Shown: positions 33,785 to 42,486 of the stretch, piece after piece
Numbering within the stretch: the first letter of the stretch is position 1
Layout of the letters: each line of letters opens with the position of its first letter
Assembly (NCBI GenBank): GCA_020634555.1
Contig: JACKBK010000017.1
Coordinates: 573-64,572, forward strand
Direction: 5' to 3'
DNA: 64,000 bases
Origin: Caldilineae bacterium
Lineage (GTDB): Bacteria > Chloroflexota > Anaerolineae > JAAEKA01
Notes under the pieces: model-generated
Databases searched by the model: none
Seen by the model: the letters and a program-made list of their open reading frames with translations, nothing else
Told to the model about the DNA's origin: nothing
Made by a program: the position numbers and the translations under genes

Positions 33785-36238
33785 TCACTTTCGGCCAGTG
33801 GCTGTCACCTTCCGACGACGAATCCCCAGACCGGCGACGGCCAGCGCGACCAACAGCGCAACCCCGGCCAGCGCGCCACCCGCGGGTTGCTGCGTCGCGG
33901 CGTCGAACGCAGTCACCGTCACCGCTGTCGGCGCCTGCATGGCCGCGCTGACCGGCCCATGACTGGTTGCAACACCGTTCAGACCAATGTCCTCCAGCCA
34001 GTACCAAACTGTTTGGCCAGGCTGCACATCAACGTCAACATAGCTGTAAGCGGAACCCTGCGCGCTGCCAGGGGCCTGGGAGGGAATGCTGGCCAGCAAA
34101 GTCGCGCTGTCCCAGTTGCTGCTCGCGCCGCGATAGAGGTTGAAGCCAGTGTTGTCCAGCTCGCTGACCGTCTCCCAGGTGACAAGGATGTGATCCGGCT
34201 GCGCTGTCGCGTCGAAGGATGCCAGGGTGACTGCCAGGGGCACCGCGTCAGCGAACACGTAGGCTGCGCCCTGGTAGTTGTTCACTCCAATGCGTTCGGC
34301 AAAGGCTCCGACAAGGATCGTCCCCGAGCGAACGCCTACGCTTTGGCCGAAAAAGGGATTGTTGATCGCGCTGCCGCTGAGGAGCTTCTCGGCCTCTGTG
34401 AAACCAGTGACCTGGTCGCCCGTTGAGCGCACAAAGGCGTAGGCCGATCCCCGTGGATCGTCGCCCGCAGCGCCCACAACGAGAACGTTGCCATCGATAT
34501 CGACTGAGCCGCCAAACTGGTCACTGGCGGCTGCGTCGCTGGCTGACAGCTTCTCCGTTTCGTTCCCCGTCGCCCACCCGCTAACTGGTTTTTCGAAGAC
34601 GTAGACGGACCCGGCATCGGCAATGGAGCCGACGTGATCCGCGACAGCTCCCACCACGATGGTGTCGCCGCTGATGGCTACGTCCTGGCCAAAGAAGTCG
34701 CCGGCAGCCCCGTCGCTGGCGGTCAACTTGGCGGTTTCGTTGGAGGTGCTCCACGATCCGGCGGCAACAAACACGTAGGCCGATCCCTGGTCGGCGTTGG
34801 CGCCGATGTCGTCGCTGCCAGAACCCACGACAACGACGTTGCCTTCGATGTCCACGGACGCGCCAAACTGGTCGTATTGCTGGCCGTCGCTGGCGGTCAG
34901 CTTGGCCGTTTCCGTACCGTTGGCCCAACCGCCACCCGGCTTCACGAACACATAGGCAGCGATGTAGGTCCCCGCTACGATGCTGTCGCCGTCGATTGCC
35001 ACCGATCTGCCAAGCGCGGCGTTGGTGGAGGCATCACTCGCGGTCAGCTTGGCCGTCTCCGTGCCACTGGCCCAACCGCTGCTCGGTTTCTCGAAGACGT
35101 AGACCGCGCCGGCTCCGGACGGGGCAGCCACAGGCGAGCCAACCACAACCGTGTCACCGCTGACGCCGACCGACGTGCCGAAGGTGTCGTAGGCCGCGCC
35201 GTCGCTGGCGGTCAGCTTGGCCGTCTGGACACCTGTGACCCAGCCCCCGCCTGACTTGACGAAGACGTAGGCGGAGCCGCGGTTCCAGCCTCCGCTTCCT
35301 ACGTCGTCGCCTGGTGCGCCAACCACCACCGTATCGCCGTCGATCGCGACTGACCTGGCAAAGTCGTCGAACTCGGCGCCGTCGGATGCCGTCAGCTTAG
35401 CCGATTCGGTGATCGGGTCCACGATCAGCGGATAGACTGCGTTCGAGTCGTCGATCAGGATGCGCAAACGCCGGTCGCCTGCCAGCTCCAGCCGCGCGGG
35501 CACAGCCTTGCCTTCCGCATCAAAGACGTACAGCTTGCCGTAGCGCAAGACCGTTGCACCGGACTCGTCAGCGAATTCGATGGACGGGCCTGTCTGCCGC
35601 GGCGTCAGGTCGCCCCTGACCGCCATCTCGATAGCCAGAAGACCGGCCGCGTTGCTGGCTGGGCGCGTCAACAACGTGAACCCCTGCTCCAGCCCGCCTG
35701 GCCCGTTTGTCCACCACTCGCTCAGTCCGGCATTCCACCGGTAGGTGAGGCGTTCCGCGTCAGCGCTGGCTGAGGGCATACCGGCCATGGGCGTTACATT
35801 GTCCTGGTATCCGTAGCCGGTGAGCGCCAGCCCCCAGCGCCACGACTCGCCAGTGGCCGATGTAACCTCGACTGTGCCCGTCTCGGCAAAGGTCACGTTC
35901 CAGCCCTGTCGCCGGTTTGGCGCCCAGTAGTAGGGTGAGGCCACGCGCTGATCGGCTGCGCGCCACACCAGATGATACTCGGCCTCGGCAATGGCGCCCT
36001 CGACGACATGCCAATCTGCCGGCGAGAAACCCACTGGAACCTGTCCGGGAACAACCATCTGCGTCCCGGCAAACACTTCGGCCTCTTCAAAAGCCGCGGA
36101 GGTCGATGCGGGCACAGTTCGCTGCCGTGGCAGGACAGGCGCGCCCAACGCCGTCAAAACGATCAAGATCGCAAGAAGCGCGTTTAACAAGCCTCGCGGC
36201 AAGGCAAGGTTGGGAATCGAAACAGATACATAGGACAT
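33785..36238 (-). CDS. Cassette B: secreted 7-blade FG-GAP-type propeller protein ending in the conserved C-terminal anchor module
   Basis: RBS AGGAGG before the ATG at 36238. Seven repeats (T)AKLTASDG..(F/Y)D.FG.SV.I.GD.(V/I)VVG...D. C-terminal 151 aa PLAVTLASF...GFNLYR...PSQAPGSAQG...YWLEDIGLNG...PTAVTVTAF + TM + RRRK. Confidence 0.85.
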   Translation of the reverse strand: MSYVSVSIPNLALPRGLLNALLAILIVLTALGAPVLPRQRTVPASTSAAFEEAEVFAGTQMVVPGQVPVGFSPADWHVVEGAIAEAEYHLVWRAADQRVASPYYWAPNRRQGWNVTFAETGTVEVTSATGESWRWGLALTGYGYQDNVTPMAGMPSASADAERLTYRWNAGLSEWWTNGPGGLEQGFTLLTRPASNAAGLLAIEMAVRGDLTPRQTGPSIEFADESGATVLRYGKLYVFDAEGKAVPARLELAGDRRLRILIDDSNAVYPLIVDPITESAKLTASDGAEFDDFARSVAIDGDTVVVGAPGDDVGSGGWNRGSAYVFVKSGGGWVTGVQTAKLTASDGAAYDTFGTSVGVSGDTVVVGSPVAAPSGAGAVYVFEKPSSGWASGTETAKLTASDASTNAALGRSVAIDGDSIVAGTYIAAYVFVKPGGGWANGTETAKLTASDGQQYDQFGASVDIEGNVVVVGSGSDDIGANADQGSAYVFVAAGSWSTSNETAKLTASDGAAGDFFGQDVAISGDTIVVGAVADHVGSIADAGSVYVFEKPVSGWATGNETEKLSASDAAASDQFGGSVDIDGNVLVVGAAGDDPRGSAYAFVRSTGDQVTGFTEAEKLLSGSAINNPFFGQSVGVRSGTILVGAFAERIGVNNYQGAAYVFADAVPLAVTLASFDATAQPDHILVTWETVSELDNTGFNLYRGASSNWDSATLLASIPSQAPGSAQGSAYSYVDVDVQPGQTVWYWLEDIGLNGVATSHGPVSAAMQAPTAVTVTAFDAATQQPAGGALAGVALLVALAVAGLGIRRRKVTATGRK

Positions 36239-36346
36239 TATTACCTCCTGACAGATACAACTCTTGGCGACAACCTGCAAGTCGTGGGTGCTCAGACATC
36301 CGGCGGGCGTTTGACGCGCGCCGGTTCTTGCACTAAACTTCCGTCC

Positions 36347-36381
36347 AGCATACACCCCTACTCTTTGACAACTCTTTGACT
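36347..36381 (-). promoter_or_regulatory. Cassette B: SARP-type promoter (two 11-bp-spaced direct repeats, then 8 nt, then a -10)
   Basis: Minus strand reads aGTCAAAGAGttGTCAAAGAGtaggggtgTATGCT: 9-nt core, 2 nt, 9-nt core, 8 nt, -10 hexamer. It faces the FG-GAP gene. Confidence 0.55.
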
Positions 36382-36495
36382 CGCTGTCCCGGTGCCTGCC
36401 ACTGTGGCAGTGACCGGTACCTCCACCGAGGGAAGCGACTGCTGTTTCAAGTGACAGTCACTGGCGGAAAGTGACTGCCATTGCCGACGACACCA

Positions 36496-39400
36496 ATGCT
36501 GCCTATGAACGGCCACCCGATCCAGATCCGATTGCTTGGCCCACCCCAGGTCTTGCGCGATGGTCAACCCGTCGAGGGCTGGCGATCGCGCAAGGCGCTG
36601 GGGCTGCTGGGCTATCTCGCGCTGAGCGACGGACCGGTGACGCGACCGGCGCTGGCTGAGCTGTTGTGGCCCGCCAGCGATGAGTCCCGGGGCCGCGCCA
36701 ACCTGAGCTGGGCGCTGAACCACGTTACCGGCTTGTTGCCCGGCTGTCTGGCCGCGGACCGCCACACGTTGCGGTTTGTCCGCGACAAAGCCGGCATCTT
36801 CCTGGACAGCGACCACTTTCGCCGCCTGAAGCGGCGCAACACCGTCGAGGCGCTGGAGGAGGCAGTATCGCTGGTGCAGGGCGAGCTGCTGGACGGGTTC
36901 TCGCTGGACGGCTGCCCCGATTTCGAGCTATGGCTGGTGCAGGAACGAGAACGTTGGCAGCGTTTGGTCGCTGACGCCTGGTCGACGCTGATCGCCCACC
37001 ATCGCTTCGCCGGCAACTACGAAACGGCCGTTGCCTATGCACGTCGCCTGCTGGCCTATCTTCCCTGGCAGGAGTCGGCGCACCGCCACCTGATGCTGCT
37101 GCTGGCGCTCAGCGGAAGACGCAGCGCGGCGCTGGCGCAGTACGAGATCTGCCGCCGCCTGCTGGCCGAGGAGCTAGGCGTCAAACCATCGGCAGAAACC
37201 ACGAGGCTCTACGAGGCGATTCGTTCGGGCGACGAGACCCGGCTGGCGGCGGCAATCGCAGGTGCAGAACCCAAGTCGCCGGTTCTGGCGGCAACACCCG
37301 GCGCGCGCTCGACTGCGCCGCGTCACAACCTGCCTCGCCAGTTCACGTCCTTCGTGGGCCGTGACCGAGAGCTGGCCGCCATCGCCCGGCGCCTGCATGA
37401 GCCTGAAACCGGCCTGATCACCGTGACCGGTCCCGGCGGTGTCGGCAAGACCCGCCTGGCAGTTGCTGCGGCCGCGGCGCATCTGGGTCACTTCGCGGAC
37501 GGCGTCTTCTTCGTCCCCCTGGCGCCACTGACTACCCCAGACCGGATTGTGCCGGCGCTGGCCGGCGTGCTGCAGTTCCCCTTTGACCAAAGACCTGATG
37601 GGGCAACGCCCGAGGACCAGTTGCTGGACTGGCTGGCCGGCAGGCAGGCGCTGCTGGTGCTGGACAACTTCGAGCACCTGACCGGCGGACCAGACTTCTT
37701 GCTTCAATTGCTGGCGCGCGCGCCAGAAGTCAAGCTGCTGGTCACCTCTCGCCACCACCTGAACCTGCAGGCTGAAACGCTGTTGGAGATCGCGGGCCTG
37801 CCCGTCCCGTCGGCCGGTGAAGACGATGCTGCCGAAACATATCCGTCGATGCGGTTGTTCGTGGATCGGGCGCGACGGCGGCGGTATGACTTCGAACTGG
37901 CCGCGCACGAGAGACCGCTGGCGGCCCGGCTATGCAGCTTATTGGCCGGCTATCCGCTGGCGTTGGAGTTGGCGGCCGCGCTGGTGGCCAGCCAGCCGTT
38001 GGAACAGATACTGGCCCAGGTGTCGGAAAATCTGGACATCCTGAAGACCTCCATGCACGATGTCCCGGCGCGCCATCTCAGCTTGCGAGCCGTTTTTCTT
38101 CACTCCTGGCATCTGCTTTCGCGGGAGGAGCAGGCTGCCCTGGCGTCGCTGGTCGTCTTTCGCGGCGGCTTCAGCGTTGACGCCTTCACCGCTGTCAGCG
38201 GCGCGCCGGAAGCGACCCTGCGCGGGCTGGTGCAGAAATCGCTGGTACAGGCGCTGGACGGCGAACGCTTCGATCTGCATTCGCTGATCGTCCAGTATCT
38301 GCGCGAGACACTGGACGACACAACCTACCATCTGGCCGGCAGTCGTCACAGCGCGTGGTACCTTGGCCGCGCCCAGGTTGATTCGCCACAACTGCTGGGC
38401 GAGGGCCAGCAGGCCGCGATGGCGCGCCTGCGCCAGGACCAGGACAACCTCAGTACGGCCTGGCAGCGCGCTGTCCGGCGTAAAGACCTTGCCACCATCC
38501 GCTCATCGGTGAGTGATCTGTACCGCTACTGGACGCGCCAAAACCACCTGCAGGCGGGAGTCGCTTTCTTCCAACGCGCCGCCGATGCGCTGGCCGAGAT
38601 TGATCCCGTGCTGGCTGCCGGTCTGCGGCTGCGGGCTATCGGCTGCATCCAGTGGGAGAGCTATCGCCCCGAGCACCTGGACCGTGCGCTGCGAGACCTT
38701 GCCGTTGTGCGCAAGGCAGGCAATCGTCACGATCTTGCGGCAGCCCTGTTGATGGCCGGCCGTTGCGCCGCCTACGCGATGAAAAACAGCGAGGGCAGCG
38801 AGCGAGACCTGCTTGCCGAAGCCGAAACGCTGCTTACCTTCCTCGATGACGATGAAGGAACGAGCGAGATCGCGATTCTGTGGGGGTATGTAGAGCAGCA
38901 ACTGGCCAACTACGCCGAAAGCCGCCGCTGGTATCGGGAAGCCGCCGCGGCATTGCGCCGGCGGGGCGACCAACAAAGGCTGGCGTTCGTTCTCTTCAGG
39001 CACGCACGCATGGCGTTTATGGCCGACTCCTTCGACGAGGCCAGCGAACTGGCCGGTGAGAGCCTCGCGCTGCATACCCGCATCGGCGACCAACGAGGTA
39101 TCCTGGACAGCCAGGTGACACTGGGGTTGGTGGCGTATCAGGCCGGACTGCTCGACAAGGCAGGTGTGTACTTCGAAGAAAGTCTGGAGCTTGCCCGCTA
39201 TCTTGGCAACCGGGCGCGCGTCGCTAACAACCTCAACAACCTTGGCGTGATCGCCCATCACCAGTGCCGCTACGACGAGTCGCAGAGTTGGTTTGAACAG
39301 GCACAGGCCGAGTTTGAAGCCATGGGCAGCCCGTTGGGCGTTGGGCTGGTGTTGACCAACTGGGGCCTGCTTGCCGAGGAAATGGGCGACCTGGACGAGG

Positions 39401-39825
39401 CTGAGAGTCTCTTGCAGGCCGCGCTGGCGGTCCGCCTGCGGGTTGGCAAGACCCGCGACGTGGTGATTACCCGGATCAATCTGGGGTTCGTGGTGGAAGC
39501 CAGAGGCGAGGTCGAGGCGGCGCTGGACCAGTTCCACCGGGCAGCACGCACCGGCATTGACAAAGCAATGCCGGGCTGGACCGTGGATGCGCTGGCCGGC
39601 ATCGCACTGGCGCGGTTGGATGCCGGCCGGCTGGAAGATGGCGTCGCGCTGGCCGGGCTGGCGCTGGCCGCCGAGTCCCTGGCTCCCTACGCCCGCAAAA
39701 AGCTTAACGCGCGGCTGGAAGCGATGCGCGTCGAGATCTCGCCGCAACGACTGGACCATATGCTGGCTCAAGGGCGCGCGCTGGATCTCGACGCCACCGC
39801 GCGAGCGATCATCGAAGACCGGTGA
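36496..39825 (+). CDS. Cassette B regulator: AfsR-like SARP, NB-ARC/STAND ATPase and TPR
   Basis: IRLLGPPQVLRDGQPVEGWRSRKALGLLGYLAL, PDFELWLVQERERWQRL, QESAHRHLMLLLALSGRRSAALAQYEICRRLLAEELGVKP, GPGGVGKTRLAV, LLVLDNFEHL, TPR-like C-terminus. The start is uncertain (TTG 36481, ATG 36496 or ATG 36505). Confidence 0.85.
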   Translation: MLPMNGHPIQIRLLGPPQVLRDGQPVEGWRSRKALGLLGYLALSDGPVTRPALAELLWPASDESRGRANLSWALNHVTGLLPGCLAADRHTLRFVRDKAGIFLDSDHFRRLKRRNTVEALEEAVSLVQGELLDGFSLDGCPDFELWLVQERERWQRLVADAWSTLIAHHRFAGNYETAVAYARRLLAYLPWQESAHRHLMLLLALSGRRSAALAQYEICRRLLAEELGVKPSAETTRLYEAIRSGDETRLAAAIAGAEPKSPVLAATPGARSTAPRHNLPRQFTSFVGRDRELAAIARRLHEPETGLITVTGPGGVGKTRLAVAAAAAHLGHFADGVFFVPLAPLTTPDRIVPALAGVLQFPFDQRPDGATPEDQLLDWLAGRQALLVLDNFEHLTGGPDFLLQLLARAPEVKLLVTSRHHLNLQAETLLEIAGLPVPSAGEDDAAETYPSMRLFVDRARRRRYDFELAAHERPLAARLCSLLAGYPLALELAAALVASQPLEQILAQVSENLDILKTSMHDVPARHLSLRAVFLHSWHLLSREEQAALASLVVFRGGFSVDAFTAVSGAPEATLRGLVQKSLVQALDGERFDLHSLIVQYLRETLDDTTYHLAGSRHSAWYLGRAQVDSPQLLGEGQQAAMARLRQDQDNLSTAWQRAVRRKDLATIRSSVSDLYRYWTRQNHLQAGVAFFQRAADALAEIDPVLAAGLRLRAIGCIQWESYRPEHLDRALRDLAVVRKAGNRHDLAAALLMAGRCAAYAMKNSEGSERDLLAEAETLLTFLDDDEGTSEIAILWGYVEQQLANYAESRRWYREAAAALRRRGDQQRLAFVLFRHARMAFMADSFDEASELAGESLALHTRIGDQRGILDSQVTLGLVAYQAGLLDKAGVYFEESLELARYLGNRARVANNLNNLGVIAHHQCRYDESQSWFEQAQAEFEAMGSPLGVGLVLTNWGLLAEEMGDLDEAESLLQAALAVRLRVGKTRDVVITRINLGFVVEARGEVEAALDQFHRAARTGIDKAMPGWTVDALAGIALARLDAGRLEDGVALAGLALAAESLAPYARKKLNARLEAMRVEISPQRLDHMLAQGRALDLDATARAIIEDR

Positions 39826-39870
39826 AGGTGAGAGTCACCTCCTAACTGCGCCAGGCAGCAGCAAACCACT

Positions 39871-39974
39871 TGGGTGTATTTGAATCTGGTTGAGGGAGGT
39901 CTCCTGACCGAGCGGCTCCCGGAGCGGTCAGGAGACCGCACGGAACACCGCTCAACCGAGTTCAAATACACCCA
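39871..39974. mobile_element. MITE-like palindromic element, copy 2, flanked by a 7-bp direct duplication (AACCACT)
   Basis: Ends tgggtgtatttgaatctggttgag / ctcaaccgagttcaaatacaccca, internal stem ggtctcctgaccg / cggtcaggagacc, and AACCACT at 39864-39870 and 39975-39981. Confidence 0.7.
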
Positions 39975-39980
39975 AACCAC

Positions 39981-40670
39981 TTAACTGCGTTTCTGCCGGT
40001 ATGTCACAACCGGTAGGGCAGCCAGCGCCGCGAACAGCACCGCCGGCAACAACCACACCGGCGCAACCGGAGTCTCACCTGCGCTGGCCGTCAGTACAGC
40101 CATGGTAACTGCGGTCGGACCTGCCAGCGCAGCCGTGACCGGGCCGTGCACCGTTCCCTGACCGCCAAGGTCTACATCCTCCAGCCAGTAATAGTAGGTC
40201 GGACCCGGCTCCACCTCCGCGTCCCGGTAGTTGTACTCAAAACCCTGCGCGCTGCCTGGGGCTTGAGAGGGCACGAAGGCCAACAGGCTTGCACCGGCCC
40301 AGTCATCATTGGTGCCGCGGTAGAGGTTGAAGCCGGTGCAGTCGATCTCACTCACCGTCTGCCACTCAACCAGAATGCTTGCGCCATCTTGCCGGGCGGT
40401 GAATCCGGCCAGTGTCACGGCCAGAGGCGCTTGCAGGCCGGGCTGCCAAAACCCGCCGCGTACAGTGTACCCGCCGCCTGAGACCGTCCCCGCTGCCGAA
40501 CCGACGCTGCCCCGCAACAGATACGCGCCTGCGCTGCTGGCTCCGCCACCCTGTGTGGTTGACCTGGTGACTGTCCACCCGCCGCCACTCTGAGCCATGG
40601 CCGTCGTCGCTGGCAAAGCCAGCAGCAGAACGGCAACAGCGGCGACGAAAGTAACGCATCGTTTGATCAT
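39981..40670 (-). CDS. Cassette C: small secreted Gly-rich protein consisting mostly of the conserved C-terminal anchor module
   Basis: Signal peptide ALPATTAMA, SGGGYTVRGGFWQPG motif, then 148 aa PLAVTLAGF...GFNLYR...PSQAPGSAQG...YWLEDVDLGG...PTAVTMAVL + TM + RQKRS. Confidence 0.75.
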   Translation of the reverse strand: MIKRCVTFVAAVAVLLLALPATTAMAQSGGGWTVTRSTTQGGGASSAGAYLLRGSVGSAAGTVSGGGYTVRGGFWQPGLQAPLAVTLAGFTARQDGASILVEWQTVSEIDCTGFNLYRGTNDDWAGASLLAFVPSQAPGSAQGFEYNYRDAEVEPGPTYYYWLEDVDLGGQGTVHGPVTAALAGPTAVTMAVLTASAGETPVAPVWLLPAVLFAALAALPVVTYRQKRS

Positions 40671-40701
40671 GGTTGTTCCTCGCTTTCTCTTTGTCAGTCT
40701 G

Positions 40702-42486
40702 TCAGAAGACCACGATCATGATGTCCTCGGCGTCCTCCGGGAAGTCCGAGGTGTCGGTGATGGTGCAGTAGAGCTGCTGCGCGCCATCCGGCCAGCAGTT
40801 CACATAGCCCAGCCTGCGCAGCCCTGTTGAGGACGGCAATTGATCGGTCACTGTCGCTATCCAATAGCGCCCGGTGAGCGGGAAACCGAAGTTGACCGCG
40901 CAGCTGTCATCATCGGAGTCGGTAAGGAACGAGATCGTCGTGCCGTAGACAGACTGGCCGTGGATCAGCCCGGAGTCGCTGCCGTCGCATCTGCCAAAAG
41001 CAGCCGCCTTGGCCAGGCCTAACTGGCCAACTGGCTGCCAAAGCGCGCCCGAGTCGTCCACGTTGAACACAGGGCTGCCGGATTCATCCTGTATCTGGAA
41101 GTCGGAGTCCTCGTCGCCCCCACCGATGTCCAGCATGACCGTCACGTCGTCATCGCTGGCGAAGACCAGATCGCCGCTGACGTAGTTGGGATCGGTGCTG
41201 ATGCGGCCATCGTCATCCGTGCCGCTGTTGCCGCCAAGCACGAGGTCAGGCACTAGGTCCCCCTGGCTGCGGGCATAGAGGCCGCCGCCTTGAGGCACCG
41301 AGGTGTTGGCCCCGTCGTTGACGAACTCGCCACCGTAGTCCTCAGAGTCGGTGGTCCGCGCATAGACACCGGTGTTGCCGGCATCGGCCACATGAATGCC
41401 GTCCTGGCCGGCCGTCTCCACGTGAATTCCGTGCGCTCCCGGATTGACGACGCGCACACCGTCGGCAACAGTGTTGCCCACCTGCACGCCGTCGTCCAAC
41501 GCCGATGCAACCTGCACCCCATCGCCGGCAGGCTGGTCGATGAACACCCCGTTGCCGTCGGCCGTGCTCACCGACAGACCGTCGCCCCCGGCATAGTTGA
41601 CGGACAGGCCATCCTCGGTAGCCGAGTTAACGTGGACTCCGTCGGTCCCGGCCACGTCCACACGCACGCCGGCCTGGTTGGCGCTTTCGACCAACACGCC
41701 GTTGAACACCCCTGCGGACACCTTGAGACCGTCGCTGGTCTTGACGCTTCCGATCACTTCCAGGCGTTCGCTGGGAGCAGGCGTCCCCATGCCAACCCTG
41801 CCGTCCTGCTTGACCCACAGTTGGTCGGTGATGCCGAAGCGCAGCACCCAGGCGTTGGTCGTTGGCTGATAATAGTGATACGCCTTGAGCTGCCCCTCGT
41901 TGGCGTAGCCGTAGAACGCCCAAGCGCCGGGATCGGTGGTATTGACGTACATGCCACCCCGCCCATCGCCGGGCGCGTCCACACCGAAGGCTTCCCTGCT
42001 TTCGATGGGCGAGTCGCGCCCAACACCTACGAAGGGCAGACTCTCATCAGTGTAGAGTCCAGGCAGCGCCAGTGCGACCGGCGACGGCGTCATGGACTGG
42101 CGCGGGCTCAGCACAGTGCCGTTCACCGTGATTTCCAGATAACGGGCGCCGCCGCCGAACGCGCCGCTGCCGAAGTCCAGCTCGGCCGTAAACAACCCTT
42201 CGTCCACCAGAACACCCGTCAATGCCGCTGCACCGCCGATCTGGTTGCCTGCGCCGCTGGCTGTGGGATCATCCCACAAGGTAAAGGTGAAATCGACCGC
42301 ACCTGTGATGGGACCGGCCGTGTCTTCCAGATATCCCTGGTAGGTGAAGGCTGTACCTATCGTGCTTCGGACCGCGTTTGGACCTGCTTCGGGCAGGCGA
42401 GGTCCTTCCTCCTGAGCCAGCGCAATACCTGCCGGGGTGAGGAGCGCGAGCAGCGTTGCCAGCAGAGCAATCATCGTTCGTTTCAT
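40702..42486 (-). CDS. Cassette C: secreted protein with a tail-fibre-like N-terminal domain and a central xxDG(V/L)xV beta-helix-type repeat region
   Basis: Signal peptide LLTPAGIALA, FTYQGYLEDTAGPITGAVDFTFTLWDD...GLFTAELDFGSGAFGGGARYLEITV, and ~12 repeats such as GTDGVHVNSATEDGLSVNYAGGDGLSVSTADGNGVFIDQPAGDGVQV. It has no C-terminal anchor module. Confidence 0.75.
   Translation of the reverse strand: MKRTMIALLATLLALLTPAGIALAQEEGPRLPEAGPNAVRSTIGTAFTYQGYLEDTAGPITGAVDFTFTLWDDPTASGAGNQIGGAAALTGVLVDEGLFTAELDFGSGAFGGGARYLEITVNGTVLSPRQSMTPSPVALALPGLYTDESLPFVGVGRDSPIESREAFGVDAPGDGRGGMYVNTTDPGAWAFYGYANEGQLKAYHYYQPTTNAWVLRFGITDQLWVKQDGRVGMGTPAPSERLEVIGSVKTSDGLKVSAGVFNGVLVESANQAGVRVDVAGTDGVHVNSATEDGLSVNYAGGDGLSVSTADGNGVFIDQPAGDGVQVASALDDGVQVGNTVADGVRVVNPGAHGIHVETAGQDGIHVADAGNTGVYARTTDSEDYGGEFVNDGANTSVPQGGGLYARSQGDLVPDLVLGGNSGTDDDGRISTDPNYVSGDLVFASDDDVTVMLDIGGGDEDSDFQIQDESGSPVFNVDDSGALWQPVGQLGLAKAAAFGRCDGSDSGLIHGQSVYGTTISFLTDSDDDSCAVNFGFPLTGRYWIATVTDQLPSSTGLRRLGYVNCWPDGAQQLYCTITDTSDFPEDAEDIMIVVF

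Noticed and set aside
36358-36816. 152-aa minus-strand ORF spanning the cassette B intergenic region and the regulator 5' end
   Set aside because: It is antisense to the well-supported regulator N-terminus, has a low-complexity Gln/Arg/Ala composition, and would leave no room for the divergent promoters.
40702-42486. Tail-fibre-like protein as evidence of a prophage
   Set aside because: No capsid, portal, terminase, integrase, baseplate or lysis genes occur anywhere in the window. The gene sits in a cassette paralogous to two non-phage cassettes and has a Sec signal peptide.
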